Shown here in pieces: positions 19,371 to 27,978 of a DNA stretch of 64,000 bases. Position numbers and translations under genes: made by a program. The notes beneath the pieces are model-generated. The model saw only the letters and a program-made list of their open reading frames with translations. It did not search any database and was not told the DNA's origin. Source of the DNA: a virus (lineage: Duplodnaviria > Caudoviricetes); the IMG/VR virus record IMGVR_UViG_3300030376_006003, positions 64,950 through 128,949 of that record; one strand, given 5' to 3'. Within the stretch, counting starts at the first letter, position 1, and each line of letters starts with the position of its first letter.

Positions 19371-20030
19371 TTAATATCCTGTCAATAATTTAAGGACATC
19401 AGCTATAGCCTTATGTCTATGATTATCTTTCAGTACTATCTTACAGACATAGTTTGATTCTTTAATCTTTGCTACTTCATGAATAGCAGAATAATTCTCA
19501 TCTTTTATGTCAATTTGTTGGTAGTCTCCACAAAATATCATCATAGATCCTTTACCTAAACGTCCTAAAGCCATGCTAAATTGAGACTTAGTGAGGTTTT
19601 GGAACTCATCTATGATAATTATGCTGTCATCAAAGGTACGCCCTCTAAAATGCGCCAGAGATACTAATTCTATCTCTTCTTCATCCTCCATCTTTTGTAA
19701 TTTATCAGGTTTGTTGTAAACTTTTCTCATATTTGACTTAATAGGAACTAACCACGGTTCTAACTTTTCTTTTTCAGATCCCGGTAGAAACCCATTATCT
19801 TCCGTAGAAACAGTTGGTCTTGTAATAATGATTTTATTAAACTGACGTTTAAAAAATTGATCAAGAGCTACTTGAACTGCAAGTAAAGTCTTTCCAGATC
19901 CGGCTTTGCCAACCAAAAAAGTAAAAGGATGATCAAGAATCTTTGTTTTTGCTTGTTTTTGTTCCTCTGACAGACTTATTGAAAATTGCACTGAGTTCTT
20001 TGGCGGGGTCTTTCTTTTGTTTTCTTGCAT
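19371..20030 (-). CDS. phoH: PhoH-family ATPase
   Basis: GKAGSGKT, IIITRP, GFLPG, RGRTF, DEFQN, GDYQQID, HRH motifs. Confidence 0.95.
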   Translation of the reverse strand: MQENKRKTPPKNSVQFSISLSEEQKQAKTKILDHPFTFLVGKAGSGKTLLAVQVALDQFFKRQFNKIIITRPTVSTEDNGFLPGSEKEKLEPWLVPIKSNMRKVYNKPDKLQKMEDEEEIELVSLAHFRGRTFDDSIIIIDEFQNLTKSQFSMALGRLGKGSMMIFCGDYQQIDIKDENYSAIHEVAKIKESNYVCKIVLKDNHRHKAIADVLKLLTGY

Positions 20031-20316
20031 TTTTGGCTTTTATTTTCTTTACTAAATCTCTAACTTCTGCACACTTCTCATAATCCTCTATTTCTATGAA
20101 ATAATCCATCATATTTACTAGATCTTTTGGTGTAAGATCTTTATATGGATCATGAGACAAAAGTAATCCTCCACTTTCTTTAACTATATCTCTCATTGTC
20201 TTTCTTTTTGTAAGAATCTCAAATGAATTAAGAAATGCTCTGTTTAACAGTTCATATTCTAGTAGAGATTGTTGATGTTCACTTAGATCATCATAGTTTT
20301 CTAAAGGATCAGTCAT
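19933..20316 (-). CDS. Small protein with UVR-like motif
   Basis: YFIEIEDYEKCAEVRD resembles the UvrB/C (UVR) hairpin. Confidence 0.6.
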   Translation of the reverse strand: MTDPLENYDDLSEHQQSLLEYELLNRAFLNSFEILTKRKTMRDIVKESGGLLLSHDPYKDLTPKDLVNMMDYFIEIEDYEKCAEVRDLVKKIKAKNARKQKKDPAKELSAIFNKSVRGTKTSKNKDS

Positions 20317-20334
20317 ATACTATCTTTTTGGTTA

Positions 20335-20342
20335 CAAAGTTA
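20335..20342 (-). promoter_or_regulatory. Bacteroidota-type -7 element TAACTTTG
   Basis: TAnnTTTG match 19 nt upstream of the ATG at 20316. Confidence 0.65.
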
Positions 20343-20367
20343 TAAACTTTTTTATTTAAGTTCCAAA

Positions 20368-22752
20368 TTATTTTGGATTATATTTTAATAAAGTTTGTTC
20401 CATGCCTGTTTTTTTATTTAAGTCATGGTACTTTAATGTTGCTTTACTGAAGTCATCCATCCACTGTGCTTGAGTATAGTCATGAGGTTTAAATATTTTT
20501 GGGAATCTTTTACTTAAACCTGTTTTTGCATAAAGAGGATTTGTAATAAAAGAATGTGGTAAATTTCTAGCTTGGTTAAATAAATCTGCAGCACCAGGCT
20601 TAAATGGTATATAACCACCTGCAGTATTTATTCCTGTAGCACCTGTAAAATCCGGTACAGCTTTATAATTTGATTTAAATCTCATATAAGGAGCATAAGC
20701 ATTCATTAATGTGAATCCTGTATTAAGTCCTCCCCATAAGTACTCCCCGTCTTGAAAATTCTTTACAGCAGCATCTCCTGATTCATAAGTAAAGTATGCA
20801 TTAGCTATTGTATTTCCACTTGCTAAACCATATGTGCCAGGTATTGCTGGACTCATTATGTTTTTATTTATCCAAGATTTTTGATATGCGTTACTACCAG
20901 CTTTAAATGGTTGATAAGCTGTTGCACCTAAATTCTTAGTAAATTGCCATGCACCATCTTTAAATGTTCTAAAACCTCCAGCCGTTTTAAATGGATGACG
21001 AGCACCTGTCCAAAGATTTTTAACTGCGTTTCCTCCTCTAATGGCAGAACTACCTAAATAACCTTTAAGAGCTTTACCTCCCCAACCTATTAGCTTAGTA
21101 CCAGTAACACTTGTAAAAACATTTTCTAAACTAATTATTGATTGTAAACCTTTTTGGGTAGGTAAAGAAGAGCTATAAAATGGATTTGTTACTTTTTTTC
21201 CATCTATTTTATACGTAGGTTGTCCTGTTCCATAGCTTCTACCTGGTGTATCATATCCATCTTGATGATAAGAACCAACAAATCCATCCTCAGCATGAGT
21301 CTTTACAGCGTCTTCAAAGTTACTTGAAGTTACTTTTTGATAATTTGGTTGATATGATGAATGATCTAAATTATTACGCCATTTTGTTTCTGCTTCTTCA
21401 CTATTCCCATCAACCATAGGTAAGAACTCTACATATTTACCTCCTGTACCGGTATAACTAGTTTTCCAATTATACAGTTTACCGTTTGGATCAACTCTAT
21501 TTAACCAACTTACAGCATCTTGATAATCCATCATCACTGGTCCAGTTCCATTTCCTCTAAGTTGAGAAAGATCTCCACCAATTGATGCTGTTTTGTTATG
21601 TAACTCTTGACTAGCATCTAAAGTAGAAGCTCTATGCCAGTTATTCTCCAACAGTTGTCCGTAAGCTGCCAAATTAGCATCAAAATAAGTCCCAGAAAGA
21701 TCATTTGATTGATACCTTCCTTCAATAGAACCGGGATAATTATTAAAGTCCTGCATTAAGATGTTTTTACCATTTACTGTAACAAATCCACCTATATGAT
21801 GAGCACCTTTATTATTTAAAAATTCTAAAGCATCTTCTTCATTATCAAAGTTAGCATCAACATACTTTAACATTTTAGGATTATTACGCTGTACATACGC
21901 TATAGTCTCATCACTAAGTTCAGATATATCCATACGATCATAGGCATACATATCATCATGATCATCATATCTATTTTCATTTAAATGTTGACTTTTAGAC
22001 CATTTATTATATTGTTCTGAAGGATTAGTACTATGATAATCATACCACTTTTCTTGTGCTATTCTATCAGCTTCCTCTTGCTCCTCGTCCATTTTGGTCA
22101 GTTGGTCAGGGGTAAATCCGTGATAAGGTTCTCCGTCATAAAAGAAAAAAGGCATATCCATATCATGAGCTAAAGCAAATGCGTCTTTCATACTAGTAGG
22201 ATACCACGAAGCATCAGAATCACCATTTTTAGATTTTTGAATCCACTCATTATGATCATCTTCATTATACTCATGATAAATTGGATAACCATCTATATCT
22301 AACATAGGAGCACCATCATCTTCAAATTTTACTCTTCTAAACTTCCCATAGTTTTGTCCTTGCCAAGTACTACCATCTGCATGGTTACTATGAGCTATTT
22401 GAGGAACTGCTAACTGAGTACTTATATACCATTGTATAATTTCTCGTGTTGATAAACCACGATGCTTACTTCTCCATTTATCTACTTCTGGATCAAGTTT
22501 TCCATTTTTTACCCATTCTGGTCTAAATTCTAACTTAGGAGAACCATCTTCATTTACAAATTGAAAAAAGTGATGTATAGTTAAATCTTTTAAAGGACCA
22601 TCGTATACTTCCTTTTCCCCGTTAGAATCCGTTTCACCACCACGCTTATATTTATTCATATTTTTAGAATAACGCTTCTTATCAAATAAAGATAAGTCAT
22701 AATTTGCAGCAGGATGATGATTACCCCCGTGTTTGTACTTTTCTGATCTCAT
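20368..22752 (-). CDS. Large hypothetical protein, possibly internal virion cargo; probable start 22752 (MRSEKYKHGG)
   Basis: Two N-terminal YKxGG motifs and a Gly-rich amphipathic C-terminal part; the track's upstream extension runs into the structured non-coding region. Confidence 0.6.
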   Translation of the reverse strand: MRSEKYKHGGNHHPAANYDLSLFDKKRYSKNMNKYKRGGETDSNGEKEVYDGPLKDLTIHHFFQFVNEDGSPKLEFRPEWVKNGKLDPEVDKWRSKHRGLSTREIIQWYISTQLAVPQIAHSNHADGSTWQGQNYGKFRRVKFEDDGAPMLDIDGYPIYHEYNEDDHNEWIQKSKNGDSDASWYPTSMKDAFALAHDMDMPFFFYDGEPYHGFTPDQLTKMDEEQEEADRIAQEKWYDYHSTNPSEQYNKWSKSQHLNENRYDDHDDMYAYDRMDISELSDETIAYVQRNNPKMLKYVDANFDNEEDALEFLNNKGAHHIGGFVTVNGKNILMQDFNNYPGSIEGRYQSNDLSGTYFDANLAAYGQLLENNWHRASTLDASQELHNKTASIGGDLSQLRGNGTGPVMMDYQDAVSWLNRVDPNGKLYNWKTSYTGTGGKYVEFLPMVDGNSEEAETKWRNNLDHSSYQPNYQKVTSSNFEDAVKTHAEDGFVGSYHQDGYDTPGRSYGTGQPTYKIDGKKVTNPFYSSSLPTQKGLQSIISLENVFTSVTGTKLIGWGGKALKGYLGSSAIRGGNAVKNLWTGARHPFKTAGGFRTFKDGAWQFTKNLGATAYQPFKAGSNAYQKSWINKNIMSPAIPGTYGLASGNTIANAYFTYESGDAAVKNFQDGEYLWGGLNTGFTLMNAYAPYMRFKSNYKAVPDFTGATGINTAGGYIPFKPGAADLFNQARNLPHSFITNPLYAKTGLSKRFPKIFKPHDYTQAQWMDDFSKATLKYHDLNKKTGMEQTLLKYNPK

Positions 22753-22756
22753 ATAA

Positions 22757-22764
22757 CAAATATA
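22757..22764 (-). promoter_or_regulatory. Bacteroidota-type -7 element TATATTTG, near-leaderless
   Basis: TAnnTTTG ends 4 nt before the ATG at 22752. Confidence 0.55.
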
Positions 22765-22800
22765 CGGAAAAACCAAAACATAGACAAGATAATTAATGTC

Positions 22801-22935
22801 TAATCCGGGGTACACCCTTTCATACATGGCCCCCACCCATGTCCGTAGGGGAAAAAGTTGTATGTATGGGGGTGTGGTTGGGTCCTACATTTAAACTCCC
22901 CAACAAAATTTTGGACTGGGGTTACCCCCCAAAGA
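22801..22935. other. GC-rich palindromic non-coding element at the strand-divergence point
   Basis: GGGGTACACCC, CATACAT/ATGTATG, CCCCCAC/GGGGGTG and GGGGTTACCCC within about 130 nt of an otherwise AT-rich genome. Confidence 0.65.
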
Positions 22936-22963
22936 AATGAATTATTAATTAAAAAGTAAAAAA

Positions 22964-23332
22964 ATGTTAAAAAAAGAAATGTTTTTTATGGAGACTTATA
23001 AATCTCCTAAGTCTGGTAAGACTATGTTAGTCTTTTCTGACAACCAAGTGTCTCAAGAAGAGGTAGAGAGTGTAAAACAACACAATGAAACTGTTAGAAA
23101 TGGTTCTATTGTAACCAAGTTTGGAGGTATTTCCGTGAACACTTACGGTTCATTCAAACAAGTTGAATCTGGTAATCAAGTTATTGTTCCACTAAACGGA
23201 GAATACAACTTCTCTCCTGAGAAACTAGACCAGATGAGACAAAGAACTCACAAGGTCATTCAGGGAGAACCTGTTACTTACTCAAGTGGTAACAAGTCAA
23301 CGTTCCGTTACCTTGGTAAACTTGATGTGTAA
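22964..23332 (+). CDS. First plus-strand (early) hypothetical protein
   Basis: A-rich leader; followed by a hairpin. Confidence 0.75.
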   Translation: MLKKEMFFMETYKSPKSGKTMLVFSDNQVSQEEVESVKQHNETVRNGSIVTKFGGISVNTYGSFKQVESGNQVIVPLNGEYNFSPEKLDQMRQRTHKVIQGEPVTYSSGNKSTFRYLGKLDV

Positions 23333-23340
23333 GTCTTAAA

Positions 23341-23375
23341 TGTGATAAGATTGGGTCTCTGACCCTTTCTTTCAC
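23341..23375 (+). terminator. Hairpin/terminator after the first early gene
   Basis: GGGTC-tct-GACCC core followed by TTTCTTT. Confidence 0.55.
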
Positions 23376-23463
23376 TTTAATTCACTATCATCACGTATAG
23401 TTACCTATAATCACGGTAAAGTTTTGTTAATTGTGTGTGTTGAAGTGTGTGTAGGTGGTAACA

Positions 23464-23509
23464 TCTACCACATTTCTCCACATATTACCACATGTAAGTT
23501 ATTGTGGTA
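23464..23509. repeat. Three CCACAT direct repeats at 10-bp period plus an inverted TGTGGTA
   Basis: CCACAT at 23468, 23478 and 23488 in a non-coding gap. Confidence 0.7.
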
Positions 23510-23664
23510 TATATAAAGGATATAGCTATCATAAGAGTATCTGTGGCAGTTTCATGGTAGATCTGTCTCTATGGTACTCTTATGTATAGTCTATAGTGTA
23601 ATTAGTATACTCTCTCTATGTAGAATGAGAGTATTAGTAACCCAAATCTTAAAAATAATCAGTT

Positions 23665-24078
23665 ATGGCAAATGTATTAGAAGAAATCAAATCAGTATTA
23701 AATAACAATGGTCTACAGTTAGATGACATCAAGTGTTTCACCATTAGTTTTTGGGTTGGCACTGAGTTAGTTGATTATGGTCCATATTCTCATGAAGAGC
23801 CAAAGTATGAGACTATTAATCTTCCTACTTATGAAGGTGATGATAAGCCAGCTATGTATGATGAGTATCGTGAAGCTAAGCTTGAGGATATTGCAGAGAT
23901 TGGTAGCATAGAAGGTTTTGGCACTGTTTGGTTAAACAATGGTGATTGGTTATATAGACCACAACCACAATTGGAAGAAGTTTATCCTTCTGGTTGGGGA
24001 TATGAAACAGTTCCTGTAATTCCTAAGAGTTTAATCTTGGATAAGTTTGGTAATAAAATAGCAAAGTTAAATGGATAG
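23665..24078 (+). CDS. Hypothetical protein
   Basis: 137-aa ORF with GTVWLNNGDWL motif. Confidence 0.75.
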   Translation: MANVLEEIKSVLNNNGLQLDDIKCFTISFWVGTELVDYGPYSHEEPKYETINLPTYEGDDKPAMYDEYREAKLEDIAEIGSIEGFGTVWLNNGDWLYRPQPQLEEVYPSGWGYETVPVIPKSLILDKFGNKIAKLNG

Positions 24079-24096
24079 GAACGTAACCTCATCCAG

Positions 24097-24127
24097 GCGG
24101 GTAGGGTTGATCTCCTACCTGTTCTTT
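24097..24127 (+). terminator. Hairpin terminator
   Basis: GCGGGTAGG...CCTACCTGT followed by TCTTT. Confidence 0.55.
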
Positions 24128-24192
24128 GCATACTTAATAATAATAATCAGCAGCATAAATAAAATCCTGTGGATAATACAGGTACACACAGT

Positions 24193-24807
24193 ATGGCAAG
24201 AAATATAAATCAGAATTATAAGTACAAGGATGTAATGAAACAGGATACATTTAGTTATTCTATTCAACCAAAGCATTCACAGTTCAGAGGTAACATGTCT
24301 GAGTTAGGACACAGAAGAGATGAGAAGGGTAATGAGTCTATCTATCTATTTAATAGTTATTACACAGGTTTCTCTCGTCAAGAATATAATATGCTTAATC
24401 ATACTACTGAGACTACTCTCTACTATGGTATATTGTTACCAAAGTATCTTCAGTTGAAGATGGAAGAGATGGAGAAGTATATGTTAGAGAGAACAAGACA
24501 AAGAAAGAATAGAATAGATCAGTTTTATATAAAGTATAATGATCTAATGATAACTATGAATGGTCATGCATTTAATATTGAATCGTCATCTAAACGTTAT
24601 GGTTTTAGATGGATGAACAATCAACATAGTATTCAAGAAATCAAAGGACTTCAAGAGTTAATGAAACAAGTAAAGAAAGTATTTAAGTATAATAGTTGTA
24701 AAGATATATTCAGAGCTTATGATAAGTCAGAGTATATGCATGAACACAATGAGAATAAAGTATACTTAGACTTTAAACAATTTTTTAAACTAAAACAAGA
24801 GAAATGA
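24193..24807 (+). CDS. Hypothetical protein (ATG 24193 preferred over GTG 24169)
   Basis: ORF with ATGA coupling to the next gene. Confidence 0.7.
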   Translation: MARNINQNYKYKDVMKQDTFSYSIQPKHSQFRGNMSELGHRRDEKGNESIYLFNSYYTGFSRQEYNMLNHTTETTLYYGILLPKYLQLKMEEMEKYMLERTRQRKNRIDQFYIKYNDLMITMNGHAFNIESSSKRYGFRWMNNQHSIQEIKGLQELMKQVKKVFKYNSCKDIFRAYDKSEYMHEHNENKVYLDFKQFFKLKQEK

Positions 24808-25190
24808 CAGATTATAATGAAGACTTTCCTTTAATTGATGATCCTAAAACACCAAAGGTTATTAAACCTATGACTGTTTTACATGATAAATTAGTTAAAG
24901 GATACAGAGATGAGAGAGATCTCAGAGTAGATAAACTTATTGTTAATATGCAGAAAAGTATATCTAAACAAATATCAGAATTAGTAGAAATAGAAGACGT
25001 ACATCGTCATAGCATGTTAGTTCTAGTTCAATGTTTACAGCATCTTCGTGATGTTGTTGATCATAAGAAGAGCACAAATGATACGCTTGAGTTTATTAAT
25101 AAGCAGTGTGATGAACTAGTTAAACTATCAGGTAAGCAAACAAATGACGGTGGTATTGATTGGGATAACATAACCTTGGCAAGATCATGA
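24804..25190 (+). CDS. Hypothetical protein
   Basis: ATGA overlaps on both sides. Confidence 0.75.
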   Translation: MTDYNEDFPLIDDPKTPKVIKPMTVLHDKLVKGYRDERDLRVDKLIVNMQKSISKQISELVEIEDVHRHSMLVLVQCLQHLRDVVDHKKSTNDTLEFINKQCDELVKLSGKQTNDGGIDWDNITLARS

Positions 25191-25642
25191 GTGTCAAGGT
25201 TAGCATGAAGGTAGTTAGATCTATTATAGGTGGGCATATTAATGAATCAATTAATAAGCCTGCAATAATAGATTGTCTTGTTAAAACTTTTGATTCACAT
25301 GCATTAGAGATGTTAGTAGACATATGTGTATCAGAAGAAGAGTATCAGCCATTTAATATCAATGATGTAGTTATGTTTCAGCATGTATGGAATATAAATC
25401 ATCTTGATCATGGTTTGACTGATGGTATTGACAGCAGGTATGGTATTATTATAGGATCAGATAACTATGGTGATGAATTTAATCCTTATTATTATAAAAT
25501 GAACATGCAAATGTTTGATTTGAATGAAGATAATGAGCTTATAATTACTCCAATAGACAAGTATTCTAATGAGATTACACGTGTTATACCTGAAAAAGCA
25601 AAGGATTTACTTCAAATGTATACATCTATAAAGCAAGCATAG
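25187..25642 (+). CDS. Hypothetical protein
   Basis: Translationally coupled ORF. Confidence 0.75.
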   Translation: MSVKVSMKVVRSIIGGHINESINKPAIIDCLVKTFDSHALEMLVDICVSEEEYQPFNINDVVMFQHVWNINHLDHGLTDGIDSRYGIIIGSDNYGDEFNPYYYKMNMQMFDLNEDNELIITPIDKYSNEITRVIPEKAKDLLQMYTSIKQA

Positions 25643-25718
25643 CTATATATCTGCTATTTATTTTGACTCAGTTCAATTAATATTAAGAAATTAGCTATTA
25701 AATAAATATAATATTATT

Positions 25719-25726
25719 TAATTTTG
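25719..25726 (+). promoter_or_regulatory. Bacteroidota-type -7 element TAATTTTG
   Basis: TAnnTTTG match 23 nt upstream of the ATG at 25749. Confidence 0.6.
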
Positions 25727-25748
25727 TGGTTTAAACACACAGAATAAT

Positions 25749-26006
25749 ATGTTATATCAATTAGCTAGCGGAAGAACAATAGAAATATCTATGGAGCAGT
25801 ATTTAGATATGACTGATGAAGAACTACAGGACTTAGAATGTCTTGGTAATGCTAACACAATGGAGATTAATAATCCATGGCATGGTAAGTATAGTAAAGG
25901 AGATCGTGTTCATTATAAAGAATTAAATGATGAACATAATCTAATAGATTTACCTACTGAAGTCAAGTTAGCAGACAAATACTTCCAGAATAATGATGAT
26001 GAGTAG
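25749..26006 (+). CDS. Small acidic hypothetical protein
   Basis: 85-aa ORF after a promoter. Confidence 0.75.
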   Translation: MLYQLASGRTIEISMEQYLDMTDEELQDLECLGNANTMEINNPWHGKYSKGDRVHYKELNDEHNLIDLPTEVKLADKYFQNNDDE

Positions 26007-26030
26007 ATAACTACTCACAATTTACTTAAG

Positions 26031-26093
26031 ATAAGACTTACTTATAGAGATTAGGTTGTTATATACCTTTGCCACTCTATAGGTAGGTCTTAT
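26031..26093 (+). other. Long RNA hairpin (19-bp arms)
   Basis: ATAAGACTTACTTATAGAG / CTCTATAGGTAGGTCTTAT; both mismatches are G-U pairs on plus-strand RNA. Confidence 0.75.
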
Positions 26094-26122
26094 TATTTTA
26101 TTAACCCTTTATTAAATAAGAA

Positions 26123-26881
26123 ATGAATAAAGAAAACACTAAAGTTACAATTGTACCTAATAAGATGGGTGCTAAGATTAGAGTCTCAGCTAATAATGCT
26201 GAATATGCTCATGTGCTATTAAAGCAAGAAAAAACTATTATAAGTACAACAGGTTGGGTAAAGCCATCAAGAGTACATGCATTATTACATGGTAAACTAG
26301 AAGATATACAGAATATAGGCATTGCTGACACAGATACATTACCTGGACAAATAGTTGTTAAAGAATCATTAACTCCATTTAATACTAATAATCCTGAAAG
26401 AGATTATAAATATGCAGGTACTACTGGTATAGTATGTTGTAAGCATGGTGAACCAATATATAGACAATGCTTTTATGATCCTACAATGCTTGAGACAGAT
26501 GAATTAATATCTCATACTAATGGTGATGATATTAGAATAGCTAATACATCTGATGAGGATACTAAGATGGCATTGAAAGCAGAGCAATCATTCCTTAAAG
26601 AATATTTTCCTGGTGATCAAGTAGACTTAGAAGATTCTATTGCTGAGGTTGAAGCTGAGGCTGAAGCTGAAGAGGATACTGTTGAGGATAATATAGATGC
26701 TTTACAAGATGCTCAAGATAAACAGCTTGAGGATTTAGATAATACTGAGGAAGAGGAAGATGAAACACCAAGAGAGTATGAGGAAGAGAATACTATAGGT
26801 GCTAGCAATCCTTTTGATGAAGTAGAGGATGAAGAGTTAGTTGAAGTAGAAGAAGAAGATGATACTACATTTGATTTATAA
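26123..26881 (+). CDS. Putative ssDNA-binding (OB-like) protein with very acidic tail
   Basis: Beta-rich N-domain and about 90-aa Asp/Glu tail ending ..DDTTFDL. Confidence 0.45.
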   Translation: MNKENTKVTIVPNKMGAKIRVSANNAEYAHVLLKQEKTIISTTGWVKPSRVHALLHGKLEDIQNIGIADTDTLPGQIVVKESLTPFNTNNPERDYKYAGTTGIVCCKHGEPIYRQCFYDPTMLETDELISHTNGDDIRIANTSDEDTKMALKAEQSFLKEYFPGDQVDLEDSIAEVEAEAEAEEDTVEDNIDALQDAQDKQLEDLDNTEEEEDETPREYEEENTIGASNPFDEVEDEELVEVEEEDDTTFDL

Positions 26882-26893
26882 TTAGATGTATAT

Positions 26894-26938
26894 AAGTGGA
26901 GAGTGGTTGGCCGTCATAACCTGACCACTCTCCCACTT
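26894..26938 (+). terminator. Long hairpin after the acidic-tail gene
   Basis: AAGTGGAGAGTGGT / ACCACTCTCCCACTT arms; no clear U tract. Confidence 0.55.
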
Positions 26939-26986
26939 GTCGTTAAGAGTAATTAATTAAGTAATAAATAAATTAAAATTAAAAAG

Positions 26987-27490
26987 ATGGAAATTACACA
27001 CACACAGTTAAAGAAGTTAAAACAACAAAGAGAAATAAATAGATATAAATACTTAGGTATGTTATCTGATTATCAAACAGTTAAGAATAAACTAGTACAA
27101 GATATAGTTTATACACAATTAAACACACAACAAATATTCTTATTTAAAAGAGTATTACATGGATTAAATGCTTATAAATCTGATGAACTAGTAGGTATGC
27201 ATTGGGATAAGAAGAGAAGAGTGAAGAAAGTATGGAGAAAAGCCCAAAGAGTTATAAATAGATTCAAGCAGACTATAGCTAACAAAAGATCTAATGAGAT
27301 CTTATCAATGTTTGATCATAGTCCATTAGCAAAGAACATCATGAGTGTTCCTGTTGAGGAGGTAGATGATCAATTCATTAACAAAATGACTCTTAAAGAG
27401 TTAGGTATTAAGTATGAGGATCTAATCATAAAGTTTTATAGTGAAGGATTGTTGCCTAGAAATTATTTTCAATTAAAAGAAAATGTTTAA
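26987..27490 (+). CDS. Basic hypothetical protein
   Basis: 167-aa ORF with A-rich leader. Confidence 0.75.
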   Translation: MEITHTQLKKLKQQREINRYKYLGMLSDYQTVKNKLVQDIVYTQLNTQQIFLFKRVLHGLNAYKSDELVGMHWDKKRRVKKVWRKAQRVINRFKQTIANKRSNEILSMFDHSPLAKNIMSVPVEEVDDQFINKMTLKELGIKYEDLIIKFYSEGLLPRNYFQLKENV

Positions 27491-27557
27491 TTTAGCAATT
27501 ATAATACTATGGATCTTAGTGTTAGTAACATTAGGATGGTATAGATCAAAACAATAA
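27483..27557 (+). CDS. 24-aa single-TM peptide (not in ORF track)
   Basis: MFNLAIIILWILVLVTLGWYRSKQ fills the gap between flanking genes. Confidence 0.5.
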   Translation: MFNLAIIILWILVLVTLGWYRSKQ

Positions 27558-27560
27558 CAT

Positions 27561-27977
27561 ATGAAAGCTAAACGCAAACTGTGTGTTGGCTGTGGTAAAG
27601 AGCAGTTCATCTGGAAGAGTGAAGGTAGGTATAAGTATTGTAAGTCTTGTTGGCTAACTAAGGTCCCAACAAAACCACTCAAACGTACACCAATCAAACC
27701 ATCTCAAAAACCAATGAAGAAGAAGTCATCTAAGATGTCTGCTCTTGACACAGTTTATACAGCACTAAGAAAAGTATACTTAGAGAAGTATCCATTGTGT
27801 AATGCTAAACTACCAGGTTGTTCACTATCATCAGCCGACATACACCATAAGAAAGGTCGTGGTAAATACCATAATGATCCAACTACATGGTTATCAGTAT
27901 GCAGAACATGTCATACATGGATAGAAGAACATCCAAAAGAAGCTATAGAACTAGGATTTTCAGAAAAAAGAGATTAA
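27561..27977 (+). CDS. Zn-finger/HNH-like nuclease
   Basis: CxxC, CxxC, then C...GC...DIHHKKGRG...CRTCH. Confidence 0.7.
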   Translation: MKAKRKLCVGCGKEQFIWKSEGRYKYCKSCWLTKVPTKPLKRTPIKPSQKPMKKKSSKMSALDTVYTALRKVYLEKYPLCNAKLPGCSLSSADIHHKKGRGKYHNDPTTWLSVCRTCHTWIEEHPKEAIELGFSEKRD

Positions 27978-27978
27978 T

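Noticed and set aside
22753-22836. N-terminal extension of the 822-aa ORF (MGAMYERV...)
   Set aside because: It overlaps the palindromic non-coding element and a -7 promoter motif; ATG 22752 is more plausible
22840-23660. tRNA or known ncRNA genes in the largest non-coding gaps
   Set aside because: No cloverleaf or T-loop (GTTCRA) pattern seen by eye; a covariance-model scan would be needed to exclude them fully
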